A DNA stretch of 64,000 nt, from the NCBI GenBank assembly GCA_030017715.1, contig JASEIU010000001.1, positions 782,276 to 846,275 of the forward strand, written 5' to 3'. Shown here in pieces: positions 1 to 9,952 of the stretch. How positions within the stretch are numbered: the stretch's first letter is position 1; every line of letters begins with the position of its first letter. Made by a program: the position numbers and the translations under genes. The notes below the pieces were generated by a model. That model searched no databases. It was not told the origin of the DNA and saw only the letters and a program-made list of their open reading frames with translations. This DNA comes from Candidatus Saccharicenans sp. GTDB taxonomy: Bacteria; Acidobacteriota; Aminicenantia; Aminicenantales; Saccharicenantaceae.

Positions 1-722
1 TTGCCGTAAAAAGAAACCAGTTCGCCGGTTTTTACCACCTGAAGCCGGGCGTAAGGGGAATCTCTGACTTCGACTAACTGCAGAGGCTTCCAGTAAATTT
101 TTTCCGCCGGCCGGTCTCCCAGCCACAAGCCTGCCGCCACCAGGAAAGTCAGAGCCGGGGCGGCTATTTTTCTAAGGTCTGATACCAGGCTTATGGCCAG
201 GCCGGCCAGAAGAATAATCAGGGAGGCCGCCTGCCAGCTTGAGAGGTAGGGAGTCAGGATCAAGTAGACCAGCAATCCGCCTGCGGCCGCACCCAGGGAT
301 TCCAGCTGATAAACAGGGGCCAGGTTTCCCCGCAGCCAGAAAACGTTATAGACAAATAGCGCTCCCAGCGGCAGGCTGAGCCCGAAGGAAACAACCAGGG
401 AGGTCAGCAGCAGGGGACCGGGGCCGGTTATTTCAGCCGGCAGGAAGCCGAAACCAAACCTGGCCAGCCTGAGAAGGACCAGCAGTCCGGCGGCAATGAC
501 TATTACCACCTGGTAGAAAGCGGCCGGCTTGATCCCGGCTAGAAATTTTTTCTCGGCCAGCAGGCTGCCCAGGCCGCCTCCGAGCAGCCAGAAAGCCAGG
601 ACTAATCCATAGACCAGCTCGTTTCCCTGAAAGCGGACTTCAAATTCTCTAAGAATTATTACCTGAAAAGATGTGGCCAGAAAACCCAGTAGAAATGGCC
701 AGAAGGAATTCTTCAGCTCCAC
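1..722 (-). CDS. Spermidine-synthase-like (polyamine aminopropyltransferase family) protein with N-terminal multi-pass membrane domain; only the 5' part is in the window, gene continues past position 1
   Basis: Minus-strand frame is open from the window edge up to a GTG at 722-720 that overlaps the stop of the upstream radical SAM gene. Translation is very hydrophobic with several predicted TM helices (..LVYGLVLAFWLLGGGLGSLLA.., ..LLLTSLVVSFGLSLPLGALFVYNVFWL..). It ends ..WKPLQLVEVRDSPYARLQVVKTGELVSFYG, resembling the N-terminal beta-hairpin of spermidine synthases. Absent from the ORF track because it runs off the window. Confidence 0.45.
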   Translation of the reverse strand, partial: MELKNSFWPFLLGFLATSFQVIILREFEVRFQGNELVYGLVLAFWLLGGGLGSLLAEKKFLAGIKPAAFYQVVIVIAAGLLVLLRLARFGFGFLPAEITGPGPLLLTSLVVSFGLSLPLGALFVYNVFWLRGNLAPVYQLESLGAAAGGLLVYLILTPYLSSWQAASLIILLAGLAISLVSDLRKIAAPALTFLVAAGLWLGDRPAEKIYWKPLQLVEVRDSPYARLQVVKTGELVSFYG

Positions 723-1840
723 ACCCCGGCAACGGTCTGACCGCAGTAACGGCATTTGTTCCCGCTCAATTCCTTTTTTCTGATGACATAGCCGTATCGC
801 TCGATTATTAATTTACCACATTTCGGACAGTAAGTGTTTTCTCCGGGATGGCCGGGCACATTGCCCACATAGACATAGTGCAGCCCTTCGGCCAGAGCCG
901 CTTCTCTGAGCCTTTCCAGGGTGGAAACCGGGGTGGGCGGAAGATTCTTGACCAGGTACATCGGATGGAAGCGGGAAAAATGGACAGGATAGTCCGGTCC
1001 GATTTCTTCTTTCAGGTAACGGCACATGTCCCGGATTTCGGCCGGGTTGTCGTTGAGGGTGGGAACGACCAGGTAGACTATTTCCAGCCAGGTTCCCGAG
1101 CGGGCAATCTGCTTGATGGTCTGGAGAACCGGTTGCAGCTCTCCCCGGACGTATTCGCTGTAAAAATTCTGATTGAAGGCTTTGAGGTCAACCTTGACGG
1201 CATCCACCACCCGGAGCAGGTCGGCCAGCGGTTCCGGGTTGATGTAGCCGGCGGTTACCACCACGTTCCTGAGGCCTTTCTTTCTGGCCAGCTGGCTGCT
1301 GTCAAACATATATTCAAAGAAAATCACCGGTTCGGTGTAGGTGTAGGCGATCACCGGGCAATCATAACGCTCACAGGCAGCCACCAGAGCTTCGGGCGAT
1401 AGACTGACGCTTTTGACCTGCTCCGGGCGCATCTGGGAGATTTCCCAGTTCTGACAGAATTTGCAGCTCAGATTGCAGCCGGCGGTGGCCAGAGAAAAAG
1501 CCCCGGAGCCGGGCAGGAAGTGGAAAAATGGTTTCTTTTCTATCGGGTCAACGTTCAGACTGGCCACCTGGCCATAGACCAGGGTATAGTACCTGCCGTC
1601 CTGATTTTCCCGGACGCCGCAGAAGCCTCTTTCTTTGTCACCCAGCCGGCAGAATCGGGGGCAAAGGTCGCATTTGATTTCCCGGTCGGGAAGTTTCCGG
1701 TAGTAACGAGCTTCAACCCGGGACAGCCTGGAGGCCGGCAGGGGAGAGCCCGGGGAAAAAAAGCCGGCAGCAGAAAGGCCGGGCAGCAAACATAGACCGC
1801 AACAGGAGAGCGAGCCTTTCAGAAAATCGCGACGGTCCAT
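713..1840 (-). CDS. Radical SAM enzyme, AmmeMemoRadiSam-system / PFL-activase-like family, with an unusual TAT-signal-like N-terminal extension
   Basis: 375 aa ORF. Core EARYYRKLPDREIKCDLCPRFC..GFCGVREN..DPIEKKPFFHFLPG..ATAGCNLSCKFCQNWEIS (CxxxCxxC 4Fe-4S/SAM motif) matches AmmeMemoRadiSam radical SAM enzymes. The first ~43 aa (MDRRDFLKGSLSCCGLCLLPGLSAAG) look like a twin-arginine signal. Confidence 0.8.
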   Translation of the reverse strand: MDRRDFLKGSLSCCGLCLLPGLSAAGFFSPGSPLPASRLSRVEARYYRKLPDREIKCDLCPRFCRLGDKERGFCGVRENQDGRYYTLVYGQVASLNVDPIEKKPFFHFLPGSGAFSLATAGCNLSCKFCQNWEISQMRPEQVKSVSLSPEALVAACERYDCPVIAYTYTEPVIFFEYMFDSSQLARKKGLRNVVVTAGYINPEPLADLLRVVDAVKVDLKAFNQNFYSEYVRGELQPVLQTIKQIARSGTWLEIVYLVVPTLNDNPAEIRDMCRYLKEEIGPDYPVHFSRFHPMYLVKNLPPTPVSTLERLREAALAEGLHYVYVGNVPGHPGENTYCPKCGKLIIERYGYVIRKKELSGNKCRYCGQTVAGVWS

Positions 1841-1856
1841 TTTTCCTTTAATTTTA

Positions 1857-2753
1857 TTATACCTCTTCTTCGATTATCTCGATATTCTCCAGCCGGCTCT
1901 GTCCGAGGTTTAGTTTTTCTGCTGTCATAAGGTAAGAGGGCTGGCGCCCTTCTTCTTTAAGGGTCGGCAGCCCATTTTGAGACCGAAGCTCCTCGATGAG
2001 CTTCCAGCCGACGGCGTCGGCCGCAACCGGGTCCAGGCTGAAGACCAGTTTCTTAACCGCGGCCAGCCACCGGGGATGGTAGGAAGGACCGCGGTGATAC
2101 TGCACCCGCAGGGCATCGAGGATGGTCAGTCGATGCTTGCGGCGGATGGGGTTGGTTTCGAACAGTTCAGCAATATAGGGATCGCAGTTGGAATCATGGT
2201 ATTTATTGGGGTTATGGATGGCTCCGAAGTAGTTCTTAAGCCCGGCGGTTACTCCGGCCAGTCCGTGGTCTTTCAGCAGGGCCAGGCTGATGCTGGCCTG
2301 AATGAATTCAGCCTGAATTCGGGAAAAAAGGCTTCCCAGATGGCGGTGAGCGGTCGGCTCGGATTGATATCCCGCCCGGCGGTTGTCGGTGCCGAAAATT
2401 TTCAGGCTGCCCGGAGATGTTGAAATCTTATAACCGGCCTCTTTGAGTTCCTCTTCGGTTCTGTCCCAGATGATGATGTTTTCTTCGCGGCCGACCGTCC
2501 GGCCCAGCCACAGCCCCAGAGTCAGAGCTGTTTCCGGACTGGTGCTTAAAGCCCTGCGGCCGATGGTGTTAACCTTGAGGCCGATGGTTTCTTCCGGCCG
2601 GAACCAGGATTTGAGAGCTTCTTCGGCCCGAGCCGCTCCGCTCAGAGCCTCCAGGCCTTTTTTCAGCATGGCCAGGATGACTCCGGAGTCGGGACGGGAA
2701 AGGTCAGAAAAATTCCGGCTGTAAGTTACAATGACTACTCTGGCTTTGCTCAT
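1857..2753 (-). CDS. DUF362 domain-containing protein
   Basis: 298 aa ORF. N-terminal MSKARVVIVTYSRNF.. and overall composition are typical of the DUF362 family. 16 bp downstream of the radical SAM gene on the same strand. Confidence 0.55.
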   Translation of the reverse strand: MSKARVVIVTYSRNFSDLSRPDSGVILAMLKKGLEALSGAARAEEALKSWFRPEETIGLKVNTIGRRALSTSPETALTLGLWLGRTVGREENIIIWDRTEEELKEAGYKISTSPGSLKIFGTDNRRAGYQSEPTAHRHLGSLFSRIQAEFIQASISLALLKDHGLAGVTAGLKNYFGAIHNPNKYHDSNCDPYIAELFETNPIRRKHRLTILDALRVQYHRGPSYHPRWLAAVKKLVFSLDPVAADAVGWKLIEELRSQNGLPTLKEEGRQPSYLMTAEKLNLGQSRLENIEIIEEEV

Positions 2754-2864
2754 TAGCGGTCAGAATTATGATGACCCTGAAATTTAAGGTTGTCAATAGA
2801 AGATGCCGCCGGTTATTGCATTCGGTCCCGAAACCGGATATATTGAAATCAAACGGAGGAGATT

Positions 2865-3782
2865 ATGAGAGCAAGAAGGAATCGGCTGCTTTCATTATTG
2901 TTAAACCTGGGTCTGATCCTGATGACATTACCGGCAGCCGGGGGCAGCCAGGCTGCCGATTCTGGCCTGAAATCGCTTCTGCCTCAGGTCGATGGCTGGA
3001 AATTTCAGGAAGAGCCTCAGCTTTTTTCGCCCGGCACCCTTTTTGAGTACATAGACGGAGCCTCGGAGGCCTACTTGAGCTATGATTTTAAAGAACTGAT
3101 AGTAGCCCAGTACCAGAAAGGCGAAAGCGAAACCAGTTTGACTCTGGAAATATACGATATGGGCTTGCCCTTGAATGCCTTCGGCATCTTCAGCTCGGAA
3201 CGATATCCGGATAACCCGGACATAAACCTCGGCAACGCAGGCTATCTGGAAGAAGAAGTATTGAATTTTATTACCGGCAGCTTTTACGTCAAGTTAATCT
3301 GTTATAACGGCGGGGAGGAGACCGCGAACTACCTGAAGCACTTTGCCCGTGAGGTGGAATCGCGGGTCAGAGACAAAGGAAATCTGCCCGAAGTCTTCCG
3401 GCTGTTTCCGCCCGAGAACCGGGTAAAGAATTCGGAAAAATTCATAAAGAAAAATTTTATGGGCTTTGAGTTTCTGAGCCAGGGCTATGTCGTTCTCTAT
3501 CGCCAGGACAGGTCCGAATATGAAGGGTTGATCATCGATTGTGGTTCGGCGGCCGAAGCATCCCGGCGCTTGCAGCAACTTGTGGCTTTTTATGCCGGGG
3601 AGAAAAATCCGTTTCTCAAGGAAGGTTCCCGGTACCATCAGAAAAACGCCTACGGCCAGCACGTGTTGCTGGGGCAGGCCGGCGGTTACCTGTACGGATT
3701 CAGCCGGGTTCCTGACGATTTACTGCCGCAGGTTCTCAGGCAGTTTGAAAATCTGGGCCAGAAACTGAGTGCTGGAAAATAA
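2865..3782 (+). CDS. Hypothetical secreted protein
   Basis: 305 aa ORF with N-terminal signal peptide (MRARRNRLLSLLLNLGLILMTLPAAGGSQA). No family recognised. Confidence 0.55.
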   Translation: MRARRNRLLSLLLNLGLILMTLPAAGGSQAADSGLKSLLPQVDGWKFQEEPQLFSPGTLFEYIDGASEAYLSYDFKELIVAQYQKGESETSLTLEIYDMGLPLNAFGIFSSERYPDNPDINLGNAGYLEEEVLNFITGSFYVKLICYNGGEETANYLKHFAREVESRVRDKGNLPEVFRLFPPENRVKNSEKFIKKNFMGFEFLSQGYVVLYRQDRSEYEGLIIDCGSAAEASRRLQQLVAFYAGEKNPFLKEGSRYHQKNAYGQHVLLGQAGGYLYGFSRVPDDLLPQVLRQFENLGQKLSAGK

Positions 3783-4812
3783 GGGGGCGGGGGTGGCCGA
3801 GTCCCGTTTGACCAGAATTTCCCTGGTGATAATTGTCCTGTTTATCACCGGCATTATCCTTAAAATAGCCAGACCGGTTCTGCTGCCTTTTCTGGTGGCT
3901 CTTTTCATTTCCTATGCCGTGTCTCCGCTTCTGGACTGGCTGATCAAACTCAGGGTGCCGAAACTCCTGGCCATCACCTCGATCCTTATCCTGACCTTTT
4001 CTTTGCTTTACCTTTTCGGTCTGCTGGTCTATTCCAGCGGGAAGTACTTTGCTTCCGAGTTCCCAAAATACAACCGGCAGGTGGATTCTCTGATGGCCGA
4101 GTTAATCGCCTGGCTGGAACATCTGCCGTTCAAAGTCAGCGTTCCGACCATAATTTCGCAGCTCAACATAGAAAAATTGACCGGATTTTTGCTGGGCACC
4201 CTGGGGTCTTTTCTGACCTTTCTGGGAAAGCTGCTGGTCGTTTTTGTCTTTGTGATTTTTATCCTGGCCGGCCGCGACAAGCTCCCGGCCCGGATTGCCG
4301 CTGCCCTGGCCGAAGACCGGGCGCTTTACGTCAACCGGATGGTGGCCAGCATCAACCGTCAGATTCAGAAGTACCTGGCCGTCAAGACCGTGGTCAGCCT
4401 TCTGACCGGACTGCTGGCAACCTGTATTCTGCTTATATTCGGAGTGGATTTTGCCCTGCTGCTGGGTTTTCTGACTTTTATTCTGAATTACATTCCTTCA
4501 TTAGGTTCAATAATCGCCACTGTCCTGGCTGTGCTGATAGCCTTTTTTCAGTTCGGGAATTCGCTGGTCCCGGTCTGGGTTCTGATTTTGCTCGGCCTGG
4601 TCCAGACAGCCATCGGCAATTTTTTAGACCCCAAACTCATGGGTCGCAGTCTGGACCTCAGTCCGCTGCTGGTCATTTTTGCCTTGATTTTCTGGGGCTG
4701 GCTGTGGGGGATTGCCGGGATGTTCCTGGCTGTCCCGCTGCTGGCGGTGGTCAAGATAGTATTTGAAAATGTGCCATCTCTTAAGTTTCTGGCTGTCCTG
4801 ATGAGCAAGTAA
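3769..4812 (+). CDS. AI-2E family transporter (PerM/YdiK-like membrane protein)
   Basis: 347 aa, about 8 TM helices. C-terminal region ..GNFLDPKLMGRSLDLSPLLVIFALIFWGWLWGIAGMFLAVPLLAVVKIV is characteristic of AI-2E/UPF0118. GTG start overlapping the upstream gene by 14 nt. Confidence 0.75.
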   Translation: MLENKGAGVAESRLTRISLVIIVLFITGIILKIARPVLLPFLVALFISYAVSPLLDWLIKLRVPKLLAITSILILTFSLLYLFGLLVYSSGKYFASEFPKYNRQVDSLMAELIAWLEHLPFKVSVPTIISQLNIEKLTGFLLGTLGSFLTFLGKLLVVFVFVIFILAGRDKLPARIAAALAEDRALYVNRMVASINRQIQKYLAVKTVVSLLTGLLATCILLIFGVDFALLLGFLTFILNYIPSLGSIIATVLAVLIAFFQFGNSLVPVWVLILLGLVQTAIGNFLDPKLMGRSLDLSPLLVIFALIFWGWLWGIAGMFLAVPLLAVVKIVFENVPSLKFLAVLMSK

Positions 4813-4927
4813 GTAGGCCGGGTGTGGCTTTTCCTGCTCCCTGAGCCGGGCGAAAAATCGCAGCCAAATCTGAAAACCGGGTAGAATCGGACAGGCGGGA
4901 AAGACACGGGAATAGTATCCGGGCCGG

Positions 4928-5719
4928 TCAGCCGTTCTTATCGGTATCGGGCGTCTTTAATTCGGGCGTCGCCCCCGGGGCGACGATAAAAGCCTCCTCG
5001 CTGAAGACCTTGAACCTGGCTTTGAGCATCTTCTTCAGGGCCTTCTGGGCGGCTTTCTGCTCGGCGCTTTTCTTGGATGGACCGCTGGCCCTGGCCAAGA
5101 CCTTATCGCCTGACAGAACCTCGACCGTAAAGACGCGGTCGTGGGCCGGCCCGCTTTCGGTGATAGTCCGATAGACCGGTCCCGGCAGCTTCTGCTGTCC
5201 GAAGTATTCCTGCAGGGCTGACTTGAAGTTGTTAATCTGGAAATTGTCCCGGGGCAATTTTTTGAAATGCTTTTTGACCAGAACCTGCAGCACCTGACGG
5301 CTGGTTTCAAAGCCACTGTCCAGGTAAACCGCTCCCACAACGGCTTCAAAGGTTCCGGCCAGGATGCTCTTTTTCTGGCGGCCGCCGCTTTTTTCTTCTC
5401 CGCGACCCAGGAGGACGGCCCTGTCCAGGCCCAGCTTTCTGGCCAGGATGGACAGCGAACTGGTGGAAACCAGGGCTGCTTTCAGCTTGGACAATTGCCC
5501 TTCGCCCAGTCCCGGATAGGCCTGGCGAAGAAAATCGGCCAGAATCAGGCCCACCACCGAATCACCCAGGAATTCCAGGATTTCATTGTCCTGAATCCTG
5601 CTTTCCGGGTGTTCATAGGCATAGGAACTATGGGTCAGAGCCTGTTTCAGGAGGGCCGGGTTATGGAAGCGGTAACCGAGTTTTTTTTCAATTGAGACCA
5701 AATTTATTTCTGCCTTCAT
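4928..5719 (-). CDS. rnc: Ribonuclease III
   Basis: 263 aa. N-terminal LGYRFHNPALLKQALTHSSYA..NEILEFLGDSVVGLILADFL is the RNase III signature. C-terminal dsRBD with KKSAEQKAAQKAL. Confidence 0.9.
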   Translation of the reverse strand: MKAEINLVSIEKKLGYRFHNPALLKQALTHSSYAYEHPESRIQDNEILEFLGDSVVGLILADFLRQAYPGLGEGQLSKLKAALVSTSSLSILARKLGLDRAVLLGRGEEKSGGRQKKSILAGTFEAVVGAVYLDSGFETSRQVLQVLVKKHFKKLPRDNFQINNFKSALQEYFGQQKLPGPVYRTITESGPAHDRVFTVEVLSGDKVLARASGPSKKSAEQKAAQKALKKMLKARFKVFSEEAFIVAPGATPELKTPDTDKNG

Positions 5720-5728
5720 TTATAGCTT

Positions 5729-7036
5729 TCAATCATTCTTTTCGAATGGATAGGCGATTTTTCCGCCGACCACGGTCATGACCACAGCCCCGCGGAAACT
5801 GGTGTTGAGAAAGGGAGTGTTTTTGCTCTTCGACTGAAGCCCTCCCGGCGTCAGCACGGTCTGGCCCTCAAGATCCAGAAGGGTCAGGTCGGCATCGGCT
5901 CCAATTCTTATTTGACCTTTATTTTCCAGCTTCAACAACCTGGCCGGGGCTGTGGCCAGGGCTTCTATCAATCGTTCCAGCGGAAGCTCTCCGGTCCCGA
6001 CCAGCCTGTCCAGCAGGGAAGGGACGGCGGTTTCCAGCCCGTTGATGCCGAAGGGGGCTTTTTCCAGCCCCTGGCTCTTTTCCGACTCGGCATGAGGTGC
6101 GTGGTCGGTGGCAATGACCTCAATCAAGCCGCTTTTCAGGGCCTGGAGCAGTGCCCGGCGGTCGACTTCGGTCCGGAGAGGCGGATTGACTTTATAAACG
6201 GAGTTTCGGGTGAGAAGCTCCTCTTCGGTCAGGAGCAGATGGTGAGGGGTGACCTCAGCCGAAACCGGAGCTCCGGTCGCTCTGGCCCAGTCAAGCAGGG
6301 CTACAGAACCGGCCGTGCTCAGGTGGGCTAAGTGGACCGGCCGGCCTGTATTTCTGGCCAGGACGATGTCCCGGGCCACCATTATTTCTTCGGCCGCGGC
6401 CGGAATTCCAGGGAGGCCAAGAATTCGGGATACCCGGCCTTCATTAATAACCCCGCCGGAGGCCAGTGATTTTTCCTCGCAGTGGTCAATGAGCAACCTA
6501 CCCAGCCAGGCCGCTCTTTCCATAGCCTGTCTCATCAGAGCGCTGTTCCAGACGGGCTGGCCGTCATCGGAGAAGGCAGCCGCGCCGGCCGCAGCCAGCT
6601 CTTCCAGCGGGGCCAGCTCCCGGCCCATCTGTCCGCGGGAAATCGCGGCCACCGGCAGGACGTTTACCACCGCCCGCCCGGCCTTTTCTTTTATGAAATT
6701 TATTATTTCGGCCGAGTCGGCCACGGGACTGGTATTGGGCATGCAGCAGATGGTGGCAAAGCCTCCCCGGGCCGCAGCCCGACTGCCGCTGTCAATCGTT
6801 TCCTTGTGCTCGAAACCGGGTTCCCGGAGGTGGACATGCAGGTCGATAAAGCCCGGCACCACCAGCAGGCCGCCGGCCTCCACCACCCGGTCAGCATCAA
6901 CCCGGATTTCAGGTTGAATGGAGACGATCCGGCCTTCGGCCAGCAACAGGTCGAAGACCCCGTCGACCTTCTGGCCCGGGTCCAGCACCCTTCCTTTCCT
7001 GATCAAGAGCTTCAAGCCTGAACTCCCGGCTACCAA
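5729..7036 (-). CDS. pyrC: Dihydroorotase
   Basis: 435 aa. GFIDLHVHLREPG, CMPNTSP, SDDG and ATDHAPH motifs of class I dihydroorotase. Confidence 0.9.
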   Translation of the reverse strand: MVAGSSGLKLLIRKGRVLDPGQKVDGVFDLLLAEGRIVSIQPEIRVDADRVVEAGGLLVVPGFIDLHVHLREPGFEHKETIDSGSRAAARGGFATICCMPNTSPVADSAEIINFIKEKAGRAVVNVLPVAAISRGQMGRELAPLEELAAAGAAAFSDDGQPVWNSALMRQAMERAAWLGRLLIDHCEEKSLASGGVINEGRVSRILGLPGIPAAAEEIMVARDIVLARNTGRPVHLAHLSTAGSVALLDWARATGAPVSAEVTPHHLLLTEEELLTRNSVYKVNPPLRTEVDRRALLQALKSGLIEVIATDHAPHAESEKSQGLEKAPFGINGLETAVPSLLDRLVGTGELPLERLIEALATAPARLLKLENKGQIRIGADADLTLLDLEGQTVLTPGGLQSKSKNTPFLNTSFRGAVVMTVVGGKIAYPFEKND

Positions 7037-7043
7037 TTATAAC

Positions 7044-7637
<594 letters not shown>

Positions 7638-7664
7638 TTATATTTAGCTAAAAACCGGCAAAAG

Positions 7665-8609
7665 TCAAGGCTGGAGAAGGCGGCGACCTCCGCCCCCAAA
7701 GAGCTTTCTGGCCCGCGAGACATCGGCGGCGATCTGCCGACGGAGAGCTTCAACCGAGGGAAATTTCTTTTCCTCCCGGAGTTTTTTCAGGAGATAAAGC
7801 CTGGCCTGCCGGCCGTAGAGTCTTCCAGAAAACTCGAGCAGATGAGCTTCGACCGAGGGCTGTCGCCCGCCGATGGTCGGCCGGAAGCCGATGTTGGCCA
7901 CGGCCGGGCGGGTTCTGTTTCCAATTGCTACCAGGCTCAGGTAAACTCCGGTCGGCAATATTTCGTTTTGGGTTTTCAGGTTGACGGTGGGGAAGCCAAG
8001 CTTCCGACCAAAGCCGCGGCCTCTGATTATAGTCCCGACGATCTCGTAAGGCCGGCCCAGCAGCCTGGAGGCCAGGTCCACCTGTCCCTTTTCCAGAAGA
8101 TTTCTGATCAGGCTGGAACTGACCTGGGTTCCGCCCTTTTTCACCGGCCTGACCGCCACTACCTTGAAATCGTGTCGACGTCCGAAAAGTCTGAGTTCCT
8201 TCACTCCGCATCGCCGGTTATGGCCGAAGCGGAAGTCTTCCCCGACCACCACTTCGCGGATTCCCAGCTCGGACTTCAGGATTTTTCCTGCGAATTCTCG
8301 ACCGCTCAGAGCCGCCAGATCCCTTTCCAGCGACAGGACCAGACAGTAATCGAGGCCGTGCTTTTCCAGGCATTCAAGTTTCTGCCGCCCGGTCTGGATC
8401 AGGTTGATTTTCCTGTGATTTAACACCCGGTCCGGATGGGGTGAAAAGGTCATCAGGCCTGAGGCCACCCCCAGCCGTCGGCTTCGCTCGACCAGTTTTC
8501 TCAAAATTTTCTGATGGCCGAGGTGGCAGCCGTCAAAGATACCAATGGCCAGGACGGAGTTTCCGGTCAGGCGTTTCAACCGGGGTGACAGGCCGCGGAA
8601 AACTTTCAT
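7665..8609 (-). CDS. ribF: Bifunctional riboflavin kinase / FMN adenylyltransferase
   Basis: 314 aa. N-terminal VLAIGIFDGCHLGHQKIL (FAD synthetase nucleotidyl-transferase motif) and C-terminal riboflavin kinase domain (..GFPTVNL.., ..EAHLL..). Confidence 0.9.
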   Translation of the reverse strand: MKVFRGLSPRLKRLTGNSVLAIGIFDGCHLGHQKILRKLVERSRRLGVASGLMTFSPHPDRVLNHRKINLIQTGRQKLECLEKHGLDYCLVLSLERDLAALSGREFAGKILKSELGIREVVVGEDFRFGHNRRCGVKELRLFGRRHDFKVVAVRPVKKGGTQVSSSLIRNLLEKGQVDLASRLLGRPYEIVGTIIRGRGFGRKLGFPTVNLKTQNEILPTGVYLSLVAIGNRTRPAVANIGFRPTIGGRQPSVEAHLLEFSGRLYGRQARLYLLKKLREEKKFPSVEALRRQIAADVSRARKLFGGGGRRLLQP

Positions 8610-8614
8610 CGAGT

Positions 8615-8935
8615 TCAGAGCTTGATGGCTTCGACCTTCTTGAGATAGTTGAGTTTAAGCTGGGAGAGAATGGCTTCCAGAAAATTTTCTTCTTCCGGCT
8701 CCAGGTTGCCTTTGGTCCGGTCGCGCAGCAGGTCCAGAATATCGATCAGCCTCCTGGCGTATTCCAGGTTGGTTTCGAGCTGGTTGGTTCTTGGGTCTTC
8801 CAGCAGGCCAAGCTTTATCAGAGCCTGGGTATAGATAGGGAAGACGATGGAACTGAACTCCAGCGGGGGCATGAATTCCCGGGATTCTTCGGAACCCGGT
8901 CCGTTTTTGGTTCTGTCGTCCATATCGCTCGGCAT
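8615..8935 (-). CDS. DUF1844 domain-containing protein
   Basis: 106 aa. Pattern FSSIVFPIYTQALIKLGLLEDP..NLEYARRLIDILDLLRDRTKGNL matches DUF1844. Confidence 0.65.
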   Translation of the reverse strand: MPSDMDDRTKNGPGSEESREFMPPLEFSSIVFPIYTQALIKLGLLEDPRTNQLETNLEYARRLIDILDLLRDRTKGNLEPEEENFLEAILSQLKLNYLKKVEAIKL

Positions 8936-9046
8936 CCCTTGTCCGATGGCTTAAAGACTAAGGGTTGAAAAAATCAAGTCTTTAAGGTAACTTACGAACT
9001 TAAATCATAGCCATTATAAGAATAAAATTCAAGGGGAGGCCCGGCA

Positions 9047-9898
9047 GTGAAATCGGAAGCTGAGGTCGGAGAAAGGTTCCGGCAGCTGGTAGAAATCATA
9101 GCCAGACTGCGCTCCCCAGGGGGATGTCCCTGGGACCGGGCCAGAAGCCGAGGGGATATTCTGAACTATTTCCTGGAAGAGGTATATGAAGCCGTGGAAG
9201 CCATCGGCTCCGGGCGCCCGGAAGCCGCCAGGGAAGAACTGGGCGACGTGTTGATGGAAGTGGTTTTCCTGACCAGGTTTTACGAGGAGGAAGGCCTGTT
9301 TACCATGGCTGAGGTCCTGGAGGGCATCAACCGGAAGATGGTCGAACGCCATCCGCACGTCTTCGGACAGAAAAGCAAGTTGAGTCCGGAGTCGGTTCTG
9401 GCCGGGTGGCAGAAGAATAAGCTGCTGGAAAAAAGACGGCAGTCGATACTGGACGGGCTTCCGGCTTCCGCTCCTTCTCTGGTCTATGCTTTTCTGCTCG
9501 GGCAGCGGGCGGCTGCCCACGGCTTTGACTGGCCAAAGGCCGACTCGGCGCTGGAAAAGGTCAAAGAAGAGATCGCCGAGCTGGAAAAATCGCTCAAGAA
9601 TAAAAACAAGAGAAAACGCCAGGTGGCTGAAGAGCTCGGCGACACTCTTTTTTCGCTGGTCAACGTCTGCCGTTTGCTGGGCTTTAACCCGGAAATCGTT
9701 CTCCGCCAGGCCGGTCGCAAATTTGAACGGCGCTTCCGGCGGCTGGAAAAAGAATTGGAAAAGAAAGGACGCGAGGTCAGAGAATGTTCTCTCCAGGAAC
9801 TCGACCGGGTCTGGGAGACAGTTAAGAAAAATAAACGCGCCACCGGCCGACCCCTGAAGAACAAATCAAAAAGAAATTCCCGCCGGAAGAAAAAATAA
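9047..9898 (+). CDS. mazG: Nucleoside triphosphate pyrophosphohydrolase MazG, with Lys/Arg-rich C-terminal tail
   Basis: 283 aa. GTG start with AAGGGGAGG RBS. RLRSPGGCPWDRARSRGDILNYFLEEVYEAVEAI is the MazG EExxE region. A second MazG-like half follows. Ends in a basic KKNKRATGRPLKNKSKRNSRRKKK tail. Confidence 0.85.
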   Translation: MKSEAEVGERFRQLVEIIARLRSPGGCPWDRARSRGDILNYFLEEVYEAVEAIGSGRPEAAREELGDVLMEVVFLTRFYEEEGLFTMAEVLEGINRKMVERHPHVFGQKSKLSPESVLAGWQKNKLLEKRRQSILDGLPASAPSLVYAFLLGQRAAAHGFDWPKADSALEKVKEEIAELEKSLKNKNKRKRQVAEELGDTLFSLVNVCRLLGFNPEIVLRQAGRKFERRFRRLEKELEKKGREVRECSLQELDRVWETVKKNKRATGRPLKNKSKRNSRRKKK

Positions 9899-9952
9899 AA
9901 GACTCCCGGAAGGAAATTTCAGGAGCGGGCAAAAGGGCGGCCGGCCGGAGTC

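Noticed and set aside
848-1402. 184-aa plus-strand ORF (and 1520..1795, 1977..2423, 2443..2724)
   Set aside because: Antisense to the radical SAM and DUF362 genes. Compositionally biased and no recognisable domains.
6249-7021. 222-aa and 179-aa plus-strand ORFs
   Set aside because: Antisense to pyrC. Pro/Ala/Arg-rich translations characteristic of GC-rich antisense frames.
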